From Patescibacteria group bacterium (GTDB lineage Bacteria > Patescibacteriota > Minisyncoccia > Phycocordibacterales > Phycocordibacteraceae): a DNA stretch of 53,093 nt. This document shows positions 1 through 10,600 of the stretch, piece after piece. The stretch is taken from NCBI GenBank assembly GCA_004322365.1, contig SCTS01000006.1, forward strand, positions 226,756 through 279,848. Direction: 5' to 3'. Under the pieces are notes generated by a model, which was given only the letters and a program-made list of their open reading frames with translations, searched no databases and was not told where the DNA came from. Numbering within the stretch: the first letter of the stretch is position 1; each line of letters begins with the position of its first letter. Made by a program: the position numbers and the translations under genes.

Positions 1-978
<978 letters not shown>

Positions 979-1001
979 AAAATATTTTTACAGCGAACTT
1001 A

Positions 1002-1214
1002 TTAATTTGATTTTCCTGTGCCTCTGCGTTTATTTCCTCCAATTTCTTGTTTTAAAAGTCCTTGTCCTTCTTCGTAAATTTCCTGCGCTTCACTATCTGG
1101 CACTCCAATAACATCAATACCATGATGTGATGCATTAAGTAGACGTTTTAGACCATCCCAAATAGTCTCTGCGTCAGTATCGTTTGCCGGACGCTCACCG
1201 CTAAAGATACCCAT
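1002..1214 (-). CDS. Hypothetical 70-aa protein inserted between rpsG and fusA
   Basis: The ATG lies 3 nt after the rpsG stop and the stop lies 23 nt before the fusA ATG, on the same strand (operon-like packing). The N-terminal half is acidic and the C-tail is basic (KRRGTGKSN). No family recognised. Confidence 0.45.
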   Translation of the reverse strand: MGIFSGERPANDTDAETIWDGLKRLLNASHHGIDVIGVPDSEAQEIYEEGQGLLKQEIGGNKRRGTGKSN

Positions 1215-1217
1215 GAA

Positions 1218-1688
1218 TCACCAAGCCAAGTGAGCGAACGCACGGTTTGATTCCGCCATGCGATGGACATCTTCGCGTTTTTTAACTGCTGAACCTTCTC
1301 CTTTCGCTGCTGCCATCAACTCATCAGCAAGCTTCAAAGCCATCGGCTTTCCTTTCTTTGCGCGAGCTGCTGAAACAATCCAACGGAATGCGAGTGAGCG
1401 ACGGCGCTCAGGTCGGACTTCACGAGGAACTTGATAGTTTGCACCACCAACGCGTCTCGAGCGTACTTCAATTGTTGGGCTTACATTAGAAATTGCTGTA
1501 TCAAAAACAACTATTGGGTCGAGTGTTTCATCTCGTTTTTTTATTTCATCGAGGGCATCGTACACAATTGTTTGCGCAACGCTTTTCTTTCCATCCCACA
1601 TAACGGTGTTGATGAAGCGTGCCAAAAATTCTGAGTCGTATTTCGAGTCAGGATTAATGACATTTTGTTTTTTGAGTCGTCTACGCAT
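1218..1688 (-). CDS. rpsG: 30S ribosomal protein S7
   Basis: 156 aa with S7-like sequence (DSKYDSEFLARFIN...GANYQVPREVRPERR...). Located between rpsL and fusA. Confidence 0.96.
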   Translation of the reverse strand: MRRRLKKQNVINPDSKYDSEFLARFINTVMWDGKKSVAQTIVYDALDEIKKRDETLDPIVVFDTAISNVSPTIEVRSRRVGGANYQVPREVRPERRRSLAFRWIVSAARAKKGKPMALKLADELMAAAKGEGSAVKKREDVHRMAESNRAFAHLAW

Positions 1689-1691
1689 ATA

Positions 1692-2105
1692 TTATTTTGC
1701 CTTTGGGCGCTTACTTCCGTAACGGCTTCGTCCACGGCGACGCTTTTCAAGACCTGCTGCGTCAAGGCGTCCACGGACAACCTTGTAACGAAGTGAGAGG
1801 TCTTTAGTACGACCACCGCGAAGCATAACCACTGAGTGTTCCTGCAAATTGTGACCCTCTCCAGGAATGTAGGCAGTTACTTCCATTCCGTTTGTTAAGC
1901 GGACACGAGCAATTTTACGAACAGCTGAGTTTGGCTTTCTTGGAGTTTTTGTTGTTACTTTTGTACAAACACCTCGTTTAAATGGTGAAGGGTAGAAGGT
2001 GGGGCGATTCTTTAATACATTGAAACCACGCGACAAAGCAACGGTTTTCGTCTTACGAGATGTTTTTTTGCGAGGGTTTTTCCTCAGTTGATTTATGGTA
2101 GCCAT
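1692..2105 (-). CDS. rpsL: 30S ribosomal protein S12
   Basis: [14 protein letters not shown]...[17 protein letters not shown]...LQEHSVV. Start set at the internal ATG 2105; the ORF opens at 2153. Confidence 0.96.
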   Translation of the reverse strand: MATINQLRKNPRKKTSRKTKTVALSRGFNVLKNRPTFYPSPFKRGVCTKVTTKTPRKPNSAVRKIARVRLTNGMEVTAYIPGEGHNLQEHSVVMLRGGRTKDLSLRYKVVRGRLDAAGLEKRRRGRSRYGSKRPKAK

Positions 2106-2179
2106 TGTTACGAAAAAACTGCGCAAGGGCAGTTCGGATACTATACAAGGCAAGGCTCAAAAACGCAACAGCAGAAAGC

Positions 2180-2809
2180 TTATGTACCGACGATTACTGA
2201 GAAAAGGGTCTGCACAAAGCCCGAAAGGTACGGCCATAGTAGGTATATAGCAACAAGACTGACCATAATGAGGCCGAATGGGCCAAGCGCATACATTGAG
2301 GTTTCAAGGCGTCCGTAGGCAAGAGCGAGCTTGCTTGGAAGGATAGAACGAAGGACTTTTGAGCCATCGAGAGGGGGTATTGGAATGAGATTATAGATTG
2401 CCAGCACGAGGTTGGCATATACCACCGTTACACATACACCGAGAAATGCCCCTGAAAGTCCTAAAGACCCAGAAAAACGCAAAATAAGGCCAAATATAAG
2501 GGCAATAAGGATGTTGGTGAGCGGACCTGCTACTCCGACCATCGCCTCTCCCCATCGCTGATTCTTTAAATTGTAAGGATTATACGGAACAGGCTTTGCC
2601 CAGCCGATTAAAAAAGATGAGCCTGTTAAGGCAAGTATGCCCGGAATGAGAATAGAGCCTACTGGATCTATGTGGGGCAATGGGTTTAGGGTCAATCTCC
2701 CTGCATAGCGCGCCGTTGGGTCACCGAGCCAGTTTGCCGCAAAACCGTGCGCAATCTCATGAAGAATAATTGAGAAAATAACTATAACGATGCCGATGAG
2801 GAATTCCAT
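2180..2809 (-). CDS. Site-2 protease family (peptidase M50) membrane metalloprotease
   Basis: 209 aa with several TM segments. The HEIAHG (HExxH) motif lies in the first TM region. Confidence 0.8.
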   Translation of the reverse strand: MEFLIGIVIVIFSIILHEIAHGFAANWLGDPTARYAGRLTLNPLPHIDPVGSILIPGILALTGSSFLIGWAKPVPYNPYNLKNQRWGEAMVGVAGPLTNILIALIFGLILRFSGSLGLSGAFLGVCVTVVYANLVLAIYNLIPIPPLDGSKVLRSILPSKLALAYGRLETSMYALGPFGLIMVSLVAIYLLWPYLSGFVQTLFSVIVGT

Positions 2810-2823
2810 AGAGAGTAGTGTAT

Positions 2824-2877
2824 CAGGTTACAGCTTTCAGGTGCCAGAGTTTAATCCAAGCCGAGACCTGGAAGCTC
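2824..2877. repeat. 7-nt-periodic leader repeats in the divergent M50 / rlmB-like intergenic region
   Basis: CAGGTTACAGCTTTCAGGTGCCAG (its reverse complement GGCACCT GAAAGCT GTAACCT precedes the M50 ATG) and ACCTGGAAGCTC (precedes the ATG at 2898). Confidence 0.6.
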
Positions 2878-2897
2878 TTCGATGCTACACTCGCACT

Positions 2898-3638
2898 ATG
2901 CAACGAGAGAAAGTCTATATATATGGGAAGCATGCGGTCGCTGAAGCGGTCGAGCACGCTACACATGTGGTTAAGAAAGTATTCCTTTCCCCCGTCTTTG
3001 ATGATGAGAAAATAAAAAATCTCTTGGAGAAGAAAAAAATAACCATCGCCACACTCAAAGGGAGCGACATGGTTGGAAATGATGCGGTTCACCAAGGTAT
3101 TGTCGCAATTATCGACACTGAAGCGCTCTTGGTTCCTTTTGAAACTTTCATACAAACTCTCAACATTTCTAAAAAGCCGGCATTGGTACTTCTAGGAGAA
3201 TTGCAGGATCCACACAATGTCGGCGCAATCATCCGCTCAGCGGCAGCAATGGGACTTTCCGCCGTCTTAATCCCTGAACACCGAAACGCACCAATAACAG
3301 GAGCGGTTGTAAAAACATCAGCAGGTATGGCGTTTCGTATTCCTCTCGTCACTATTGGTAACGTGAACCAAACTATTCGTCTTCTGAAAGACAAGGGATT
3401 TTGGACATACGGCCTTGCAGGTAAAGGCGCACAATCCCTCATTGATGAATCTTTCAGCGAACCATCGCTATTTATTGTAGGCAACGAAGGGAAAGGTATC
3501 CGCGAAAAAACCGAAGAACTGTGCGATATTTTGCTTCGCATTCCTGTACATCCACGCACTGAATCACTCAATGCTGCCGCTTCCGCCGCAATTGTATTTT
3601 ATGAATGGAGCCGCGGACATCAAGGCGCTCTCAAATAA
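2898..3638 (+). CDS. TrmH/SpoU-family RNA 2'-O-methyltransferase (RlmB-like)
   Basis: Motifs LGELQDPHNVGAIIRSA, IVGNEGKGIR and SLNAAASAAIVFYE. Start moved to ATG 2898 (MQREKVYIYGKHAV); the ORF opens at 2790. Confidence 0.85.
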   Translation: MQREKVYIYGKHAVAEAVEHATHVVKKVFLSPVFDDEKIKNLLEKKKITIATLKGSDMVGNDAVHQGIVAIIDTEALLVPFETFIQTLNISKKPALVLLGELQDPHNVGAIIRSAAAMGLSAVLIPEHRNAPITGAVVKTSAGMAFRIPLVTIGNVNQTIRLLKDKGFWTYGLAGKGAQSLIDESFSEPSLFIVGNEGKGIREKTEELCDILLRIPVHPRTESLNAAASAAIVFYEWSRGHQGALK

Positions 3639-3660
3639 AAGATTAGAGTTCCAAATTTAA

Positions 3661-3703
3661 AGCTGAAAGCTAACACCTGAAAGCTGGAAGCTACCCCCAT
3701 CTC
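3661..3703 (+). repeat. 7-nt-periodic leader repeat directly 5' of the ATG at 3704
   Basis: AGCTGAA AGCTAAC ACCTGAA AGCTGGA AGCTACC CCCATCT C ATG. Confidence 0.7.
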
Positions 3704-4420
3704 ATGAGCCGACAAAACAATTTCTGGAATAAAGAATACGGTAAATCAGACCGCACTGGTGGAGCAAACCCTCATCTTGCACTCTCTGTCGAACCATCTG
3801 AAGACTTGGAAAAGTTCGGGCGATTCTTGATGCGCGAATATGGAAAAAAATTCCTTAATGTAACTGCGCAAGCACTTGATATTGGATGCGGTAACGGACG
3901 CAACCTCATATATCTTGCAAACACATTTGGCATGCGTGGCGTCGGGTACGATCTTTCAGAAGTAGCAATTACTGTTGCCAAAAAAGCGGGAGAAGGTTTG
4001 CCTCTCAAATTTTTTGTGCAAGACATGGAAAAACCAATTCCCTTGCCGGATGCGTCAGTCACTATTGCGCTCGACATGATGAGCTCGCATGTTTTGAAGA
4101 CTGCCGAGCGTGAACAACTCCGAAGCGAAATTCTTCGTGTCTTAAAACCAGGTGGGTGGCTTTTCTTTAAGTCGTTCCTTCTTGATGACGATTCTCATGC
4201 CAAGCGCCTACTCCGTGAAAGCCCAGGAGATGAAGTGGGGATGTATATTCATCCAGAAATTCATACCGCCGAGTATGTGTGGACAGAAGAAGCCCTGCGC
4301 GAGTTCTTCGAGCCCTATTTCACTATCCACAAAATCGAAAAATCCTTCAAACACAAGCACGCTGACGGCTCCGCATGGAAACGCCGAACTATCGTTGCAT
4401 ATCTTGAGAAGAGCAACTAG
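3704..4420 (+). CDS. Class I SAM-dependent methyltransferase
   Basis: 238 aa. SAM motif I LDIGCGNGRN, then LKPGGWLFF. Confidence 0.8.
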   Translation: MSRQNNFWNKEYGKSDRTGGANPHLALSVEPSEDLEKFGRFLMREYGKKFLNVTAQALDIGCGNGRNLIYLANTFGMRGVGYDLSEVAITVAKKAGEGLPLKFFVQDMEKPIPLPDASVTIALDMMSSHVLKTAEREQLRSEILRVLKPGGWLFFKSFLLDDDSHAKRLLRESPGDEVGMYIHPEIHTAEYVWTEEALREFFEPYFTIHKIEKSFKHKHADGSAWKRRTIVAYLEKSN

Positions 4421-4491
4421 CTAATCAGCACTCTATAAATCCTAAGCGTGGGATTTACTTTTCATTTTTAGGATGGTATCCTCTAAAAACT

Positions 4492-4734
4492 ATGGCTAAG
4501 GCATGCGCTGTAACAGGTAAATCATCTCTCGTTGGAGGGAGATATTCAAATCGCACTCGTGCGACGCAGTACAACCCATGCGGTAAGGTACGCCGCAAGG
4601 CAAACCTACAAAAGCACAAAATCTTTGTGCCTGAGCTTAATAAGCATATTTCGCTTCTTCTTTCAGCTCGTGCTGTAAAGACTATTGCGAAGCGTGGTGC
4701 TTTTAAGACCCTCAAGAAAGCTAATATTATTTAA
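4492..4734 (+). CDS. rpmB: 50S ribosomal protein L28
   Basis: 80 aa. MAKACAVTGKSSLVGGRYSNRTRATQ...ISLLLSARAVKTIAKRG fits the L28 pattern. Confidence 0.88.
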   Translation: MAKACAVTGKSSLVGGRYSNRTRATQYNPCGKVRRKANLQKHKIFVPELNKHISLLLSARAVKTIAKRGAFKTLKKANII

Positions 4735-4952
4735 CCGCTCTTTAAGGTAGACGGTACGCCGTTTACGTTAGGGAGTTTTTTTATTGTGAAATATATGTCA
4801 GAAAAAAGATTTCCACCAACTAAGGGCAACAGCGGACGCTCATTCCACGAAGAGTCGAAAACTCGACAATGCTTAAGCATTGATTGTTTAAAAGATGTTC
4901 CTCTGTATGTGCTCATGTTTACAGGTGGCACATGCCTTGGGTGCAGAACGGC

Positions 4953-5795
4953 TTAGTTATCTAAAGCGCTTACTCTCAGACCGTCTGATACAAAAGTGAC
5001 CCTGCCGTCCTTGCAGGTATCGAAGATAGAAATACTGAGGCTCTGAAATAAATCTACAACCTGAGGTGCTGGGTGTCCGTACTTGTTATCGCATCCACGA
5101 GAGAAGACTCCGTATGTGGGATTAACTGCTTTCACAAATTCAGGTGCACTGGAATTTTTTGAGCCATGGTGCCCCGCTTTCAGTACGGTGCTCTGAAGAT
5201 TTTTCCCGTCAATAGAAACTAAATATTTTTCAATTACCTGTGGAGAATCCCCGTTGAGTAGAAACGATGTGTTTCCATATACAACGCGCATCACTATTGA
5301 GCCCGTATTTGTTTCAATATTGGGTACATCCCTGTCTGGAAAAAGAATATCCGCATACGCACCGCCACCAAGATCAAGACGCATACCACGCCTAGCAATA
5401 ATTTTTTTCACTCCTGATTTTTGTACTGCCAGAACGGTAGCCTTCGTTGCTTTCGTATCGTTCGGAATGCCCGGCTCCAAAAATGTTCCGACCTGATATC
5501 GTTCAAATACATCAGGGATGCCTCCAAGATGATCTTGGTCTGGGTGTGTCTCAACTACCGCATCAATGGAGCGGTCAAAAAGAGGCATCACACTCCCAAG
5601 CTCCCGAAGCACTGACTTGTCTGGTGGTCCCGCATCGATAAGCATTTGTATCCCCGTAGGCCCTTCTATAAAAATAGAATCTCCTTGTCCTATATTTAAG
5701 AACGAAACCTTGAGCCCCTGAGGAACGGGAATCGTCCATACAAAAATATTCCCAAAAATAAGTAGACCGATAAGAAAAACGCGTCCCATGCCCAC
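4953..5795 (-). CDS. Membrane-anchored metallo-beta-lactamase-fold protein resembling the C-terminal domain of ComEC/Rec2
   Basis: 280 aa with an N-terminal TM anchor. HPDQDHLGG (HxHxDH) and KAGHHGS motifs. Confidence 0.8.
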   Translation of the reverse strand: MGMGRVFLIGLLIFGNIFVWTIPVPQGLKVSFLNIGQGDSIFIEGPTGIQMLIDAGPPDKSVLRELGSVMPLFDRSIDAVVETHPDQDHLGGIPDVFERYQVGTFLEPGIPNDTKATKATVLAVQKSGVKKIIARRGMRLDLGGGAYADILFPDRDVPNIETNTGSIVMRVVYGNTSFLLNGDSPQVIEKYLVSIDGKNLQSTVLKAGHHGSKNSSAPEFVKAVNPTYGVFSRGCDNKYGHPAPQVVDLFQSLSISIFDTCKDGRVTFVSDGLRVSALDN

Positions 5796-5842
5796 AATGA
5801 TATACTGCCACCGGAGCTAAAATAGCCATTCAGAAAATGTTT

Positions 5843-5877
5843 CACTAAACACTAACCACTAAACCCTCTCCCCTCAT
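5843..5877 (+). repeat. 7-nt-periodic leader repeat 5' of the sod ATG
   Basis: CACTAAA CACTAAC CACTAAA CCCTCTC CCCTCAT TCAT ATG. Confidence 0.7.
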
Positions 5878-5881
5878 TCAT

Positions 5882-6454
5882 ATGTACACTGCAAAAAAAT
5901 TCACCTTCGGAAATTTGGACGGTATTTCACCCAAACAACTTGAAGTACACATCAAGCTCTATGAGGGATATGTAAAATTCCTAAACACCCTTGAGGAAAC
6001 TGTTGCCGATTTAAAAAAAGACTCTGAAAAAAACGCGTATGCCCTTGCTGAAGTTACGCGTCGCATCGGTTTTGAATGGAACGGTATGCGCATGCATGAG
6101 CACTACTTCTCACAGTGGGAAGGCACACCTTCTCCTATTGGCGGAGCACTTAGAGATGCACTAGCAGTGCAATACAGCAGTTACGAAAAATGGGAAAATG
6201 AATTTAAAGCAGTCGGAATGATGCGCGGTATTGGCTGGGCAATGCTTTCCTATGATGCAACAACCAAAAACTTCCTTACTCACTTTGTTGCTGACCACGA
6301 GTTGGGGCAACTCAATGACACAAAGACAATTTTAGCTCTCGATATGTGGGAACACGCCTACATGGTGGACTACACTCCAGCCGAGAAGAAACAATATATA
6401 GAAGCGTTTTTTAAGAATTTGAATGGCAAATTGACTGAGTCGCGTTTCGAATGA
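5882..6454 (+). CDS. Fe/Mn-family superoxide dismutase (divergent)
   Basis: 190 aa. DMWEHAY signature, ligand-type His in MHEHYF and in LEVHIKLY. Confidence 0.85.
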   Translation: MYTAKKFTFGNLDGISPKQLEVHIKLYEGYVKFLNTLEETVADLKKDSEKNAYALAEVTRRIGFEWNGMRMHEHYFSQWEGTPSPIGGALRDALAVQYSSYEKWENEFKAVGMMRGIGWAMLSYDATTKNFLTHFVADHELGQLNDTKTILALDMWEHAYMVDYTPAEKKQYIEAFFKNLNGKLTESRFE

Positions 6455-6466
6455 TAGATTGTATTA

Positions 6467-6637
6467 ATGGTAGAAAGAGCTCCTAAAGTACCAAAGCCTG
6501 TGAGAGAGGCACCACCTTCAGCATTTGATCGAGGTAACCTCCATGGGGGAGATAGCGGCTGGGGACTTTTTTCACAAAGCTACAATCGGCGCACCCAGCC
6601 TCCTGCCAAAAAACCTGAAAATAAAGAACCTGATTAA
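6467..6637 (+). CDS. Possible 56-aa Lys/Pro-rich small protein
   Basis: The ORF MVERAPKVPKPVREAPPSAF...KKPENKEPD is below the track threshold. It ends directly at a strong hairpin. No RBS is visible. Confidence 0.25.
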   Translation: MVERAPKVPKPVREAPPSAFDRGNLHGGDSGWGLFSQSYNRRTQPPAKKPENKEPD

Positions 6638-6657
6638 AAGCCCCTTAAGGGGCTTTT
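6636..6657. terminator. Bidirectional intrinsic terminator between convergent units
   Basis: AAAAGCCCCTT|AAGGGGCTTTT is a 22-bp palindrome with A/T runs on both sides. It overlaps the comEC stop. Confidence 0.7.
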
Positions 6658-8033
6658 GTTTTTGTAATCAAAGGATAATTTTTTCTGAAACGGAACACTA
6701 GCAAGCCTACCGCTCCATACAAAAACCCGAGCATCATCAAAAGTGGCCACATCCACTCTCGTGGGATAGGAAGAGAGGCAAACGGTAGTGACCCAAAAAA
6801 CGTTGCAACAGAAATAATATAAGAAAGGACCCCGTACGCAAAGATACTTAATGGAAAAGCTAGTACGGGTGAAATAAGTGCGGTAATCGATGCAAAGAAA
6901 CCAACAAACATTGCCACAGGAACTGCAGGTAAGACGAGAACATTTGCAGGAAGAAATACTAGAGAGACTGCGCCGACAGAAAATATAAGAAGTGGCAACA
7001 CAGTCACCTGCGTTGCAAGGGTAGTTGAAACAATTTCACGAAACGGAAAATATTTGAAGTCAGGGATACATGTGAGACGGTTCGCAATTTTTTCAGAAAA
7101 TAATATAAGTCCGAGCGTTGCAAGAATAGAGAGCTGAAACGAAAGATCATACAGAACAATGTATGGATTCCAGAGAGCCATCACTGCAGCCGCAATGGCA
7201 AGCATACGAAGCGCTGCCTTTGGCCGATGCAACACAGTGGCAACCATCATTAAAAGCGCCATGATGAGTGCGCGAATAGTTGTTTCAGATCCGCCAGTCA
7301 TCACCGCGAAACCAACAACAAAAAGTGCAGAGAAGCTGTATGCAACTTTGCGTGAAAACATTTTTAGGAAAACAAAAGAGATCCACTGAATCACGAGTGC
7401 AACGTTGTAGCCAGAGAGAACAATGATGTGCACCACACCAGCATTCCTAAATGCTCCTGTTATTTTTTCTCCAAGCGATTGTTTTTCACCAAGAAGTAGC
7501 CCTGCAAGAAGTGCTGACTCAGGTTCTGGAACCGCACACTCGATACCTTTGATAAATACATGTTTAATAGATAGGAGTCCTGCGACAATTGGATTTCCTC
7601 TTCCTTCTTCTAGTTTCGTAACCTGCGGAAATGAGATTGTGTAGAGAATGCTATGCGCACGAAGATACTTTGGATAATTAAATGTTCGTCCTGAATCAGT
7701 TTCAAATAACTCTGGTTTTTTAAATTTTCCTTTCGCACTAATGCGATCCCCAAAGACGGCGGTCTCAAACGAATCTGCAAAAAGAAGCACACGCACTTTT
7801 TCTGAAATAGAAATACCATTCAACTTTTGAACCTCTACTGTGAGATGTATGGTGCGTTCGCGCTGATCAGGGTCTCTCACTACAACACCTTCAATAACAA
7901 CGCTAGTACCAACTGCATCTTCAAAAAGCGGATAGAGTTTTTCAGGAACAAGAACTGAATACACTCCTGCACCAATAACAGCTCCAATACAGAGTATCGG
8001 AATGATGTAGCGCAGTAGCCAATCGGCGAACAT
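6645..8033 (-). CDS. comEC: ComEC/Rec2-family competence channel protein, membrane part only (no beta-lactamase domain)
   Basis: 462 aa. N-terminal TM plus an OB/DUF4131-like region, then about 9 TM segments with FRNAGVVHIIVLSGYNV. Confidence 0.82.
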   Translation of the reverse strand: MFADWLLRYIIPILCIGAVIGAGVYSVLVPEKLYPLFEDAVGTSVVIEGVVVRDPDQRERTIHLTVEVQKLNGISISEKVRVLLFADSFETAVFGDRISAKGKFKKPELFETDSGRTFNYPKYLRAHSILYTISFPQVTKLEEGRGNPIVAGLLSIKHVFIKGIECAVPEPESALLAGLLLGEKQSLGEKITGAFRNAGVVHIIVLSGYNVALVIQWISFVFLKMFSRKVAYSFSALFVVGFAVMTGGSETTIRALIMALLMMVATVLHRPKAALRMLAIAAAVMALWNPYIVLYDLSFQLSILATLGLILFSEKIANRLTCIPDFKYFPFREIVSTTLATQVTVLPLLIFSVGAVSLVFLPANVLVLPAVPVAMFVGFFASITALISPVLAFPLSIFAYGVLSYIISVATFFGSLPFASLPIPREWMWPLLMMLGFLYGAVGLLVFRFRKNYPLITKTKAP

Positions 8034-8035
8034 GT

Positions 8036-8455
8036 TTAAAATCCTCGATCCATTGCTTCGTTTGCCAGTTGGTCCGCTTCGCTGTTTTCTTCGCGCGGTA
8101 TATGCATAAATTTTATTTGAGGAAATGATTCTGCAATGAGCACACGCACCTTTGTATACTGCTCTTTTAATACTGGGTGTTTGACTTTGTACTCCCCTTT
8201 CATTTGTCGGACAATTAATTCGGAATCCATGCGCACCACAACCCCATGTGGCACAGGGCTCCCAAATGAATCGACTGTCGCCCGAAGTGCCAAAATGAGT
8301 GCTTCATATTCTGCCCAATTATTAGTACGCACTCCCAAGAATGCTGAGATGCTTGCCGCATTCTTTCCTTTCAAATCTTTCACCACCGCACCAGCACCCG
8401 ATGGCCCTGGATTTCCTCGTGAGCCTCCATCGGTATAAATAATTATGTGCGACAT
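8036..8455 (-). CDS. rnhA: Ribonuclease HI
   Basis: 139 aa. IIIYTDGGSRGNPGPSGAGAV, NNWAEYEALILAL and a C-terminal NSEADQLAN. Confidence 0.9.
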   Translation of the reverse strand: MSHIIIYTDGGSRGNPGPSGAGAVVKDLKGKNAASISAFLGVRTNNWAEYEALILALRATVDSFGSPVPHGVVVRMDSELIVRQMKGEYKVKHPVLKEQYTKVRVLIAESFPQIKFMHIPREENSEADQLANEAMDRGF

Positions 8456-8505
8456 TTGGGTATTGTATCGTATACCTCAATCAAAACTTCTACAGACAGC
8501 GTACG

Positions 8506-10167
8506 CTAAACAACTACATTCTCTATCCGTAGTCGCAACTCCTTCCTACCTGCGAAGTAAGAGCGTTCCACAGAGGCTTCAATGGTGCAGACATCGCCAA
8601 CCGAAAGAAGTTCAAGTTTCTCCTTAAAAAGAGAGCGTGGAACGAAAAAGACTATTGCATCCGCCTTGCGTCCTGAGTCGTCAGCGAGAGTAAGTCTGAT
8701 ATGTTCTTTTGCTTTACCAAAATAATTAATGCCAGCAATTGAAACATTGTGAAATCTAAAAAATGGCTTGGGATTCTCCATTCCGAAAGGACCAAGGGAA
8801 CGGAGTGCATCGAACGCAACATCATTTACTTCGGCTAGGGTGAGCGAACTTTCAACTATTCCTTTATTCCTGCCACCCGAATCTATCTCCCCACCTCCTT
8901 TTGTTGTAATCAACTCAAGCGCTTGTTGAAGCTTTAATGGTAGGTCATGAATTTTTTCAGGAGAAACAGAAAATCCGCCCGCAAGTTCGTGCCCACCAAA
9001 ATCCAAAAACGCATCTTTGGCTTCCACCATTAACGAAACAATGTTCACGCTACCGTTTGATCGGCATGAGCCTTTTATCAAACCGCCATCCATTCCCCAC
9101 AAACACACCGTGCGTTGATATGTCTCAACAACACTCGTTGCCGCGATACCTAAAAGCGATGGGCGCCACGATTGGCTCCCCATCACAATGACCGAGTCCG
9201 ATGTAGGTGTCATTTCCATGCGCTTCTTTACATCTTTTGCTACACGCATGCCTTCAATTTTTCGCTCTTGGTTTAATTGCACCAACTCTTTTGCAATTTC
9301 GCGTGCTCGCACCTCTGACTCGGTAGTTAACAATTCAAAAGAAAGCTTTGGGCTTTTCATACGCGATGCCGCATTTATTTTTGGCGCAATTGAAAAAGCT
9401 ATGTCATCTTCTGCGACAGCCATAAGCGGTATGCGCTCAGCTTCAAGTAATGCTTTGAGTCCAGGGCGTCTTCCTTTTCTAAGAACGGTGAGTCCAAATT
9501 TTACGAGCGTTCGATTTTCTCCAGTTAGCGGAACCATGTCGGCAACTGTTGCAACAGCCACTAAATCTAAAAGCCATTTCTCCGAGCCTTCCGGAATATC
9601 AAACGAACCTTTTTGAATAAGTGCCTCTACTAACTTAAATGCAACACCGGTACCACAAAGTCCTTTGAACGGATACACATCGTCCGATTGATGTGCATTG
9701 ATAACTGCAAGCGCTGGGGGAAGAACTGCCTGCGGGAGATGGTGATCAGTAATAATTGTTTCAATGCCGAGAGTGCTTGCATGTGCCACCTCTACAACAT
9801 CAGTGATTCCACAATCAACAGTAACAATGAGTGAGACACCTTTTTCTTTCAGAGAATCAATACCAGAAATATTCAAACCATACCCTTCGCTTCGCTCGGG
9901 CACATAGGTTTCCACTTCATATCCAATACGACGAAAAAAATCAAATAAGAGTGCGCCTCCAGGAATACCATCGCAATCGTAGTCATGCCACACACAAATC
10001 TTTTCTTCATTTTTTATTGCCTCAAGAATGCGAGCTACTGCAACATCCATTCCCTTCAAAAGAAACGGATCATGGCGGGCATCGTAGAGAGGGTTCAAGA
10101 ACAATTCTTTGTCTGTAATTTTCCTATTCTCCAATATTCGCTCTACAAGAGGGTGCAAGATACTCAT
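8506..10167 (-). CDS. recJ: Single-stranded-DNA-specific exonuclease RecJ
   Basis: 553 aa. DHH-family motifs (VWHDYDCDGIPG, IVTVDCGI, ITDHH) plus a DHHA1-like GGHELAGG. Confidence 0.9.
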   Translation of the reverse strand: MSILHPLVERILENRKITDKELFLNPLYDARHDPFLLKGMDVAVARILEAIKNEEKICVWHDYDCDGIPGGALLFDFFRRIGYEVETYVPERSEGYGLNISGIDSLKEKGVSLIVTVDCGITDVVEVAHASTLGIETIITDHHLPQAVLPPALAVINAHQSDDVYPFKGLCGTGVAFKLVEALIQKGSFDIPEGSEKWLLDLVAVATVADMVPLTGENRTLVKFGLTVLRKGRRPGLKALLEAERIPLMAVAEDDIAFSIAPKINAASRMKSPKLSFELLTTESEVRAREIAKELVQLNQERKIEGMRVAKDVKKRMEMTPTSDSVIVMGSQSWRPSLLGIAATSVVETYQRTVCLWGMDGGLIKGSCRSNGSVNIVSLMVEAKDAFLDFGGHELAGGFSVSPEKIHDLPLKLQQALELITTKGGGEIDSGGRNKGIVESSLTLAEVNDVAFDALRSLGPFGMENPKPFFRFHNVSIAGINYFGKAKEHIRLTLADDSGRKADAIVFFVPRSLFKEKLELLSVGDVCTIEASVERSYFAGRKELRLRIENVVV

Positions 10168-10192
10168 TACAAGCTATGGTAGCATTTCCGCT

Positions 10193-10600
10193 ATGGATGA
10201 TCTTTTCTTGAAAATTGTACGGCGAGAAATACCCGCAGAAATAGTCTATGAGGACGAAAAAACATTCGCATTTTTAGACATCCGACCCAACAATCACGGA
10301 CATACGCTCGTCATTCCTAAAGAACGGTACAGAAATATCTTAGACATACCAGAAGACCTCTGGCTCGCGGTTATGAAAACCGTACACATGCTTGCACCAG
10401 TTATAAAAAAAGCAGTTGGAGCAGATGGCATTAACATTGCAATGAATAACGAACCCGCTGCACATCAGCTCGTCTTTCATGCGCACGTGCACATCATTCC
10501 CCGCTTTGAGGGCGACCAGTACCAGCCATGGACCGGCACTCCTTATAAAGAAGGTGAAGCAAAAATGATTGCAGAAAAAATACGGGGTTCTTTGAGTTAA
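10193..10600 (+). CDS. HIT-family nucleotide hydrolase/transferase
   Basis: Histidine triad HAHVHIIPR and HGHTLVIPK. Start set at ATG 10193 (MDDLFLKIV); the ORF opens at 10109. Confidence 0.9.
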   Translation: MDDLFLKIVRREIPAEIVYEDEKTFAFLDIRPNNHGHTLVIPKERYRNILDIPEDLWLAVMKTVHMLAPVIKKAVGADGINIAMNNEPAAHQLVFHAHVHIIPRFEGDQYQPWTGTPYKEGEAKMIAEKIRGSLS

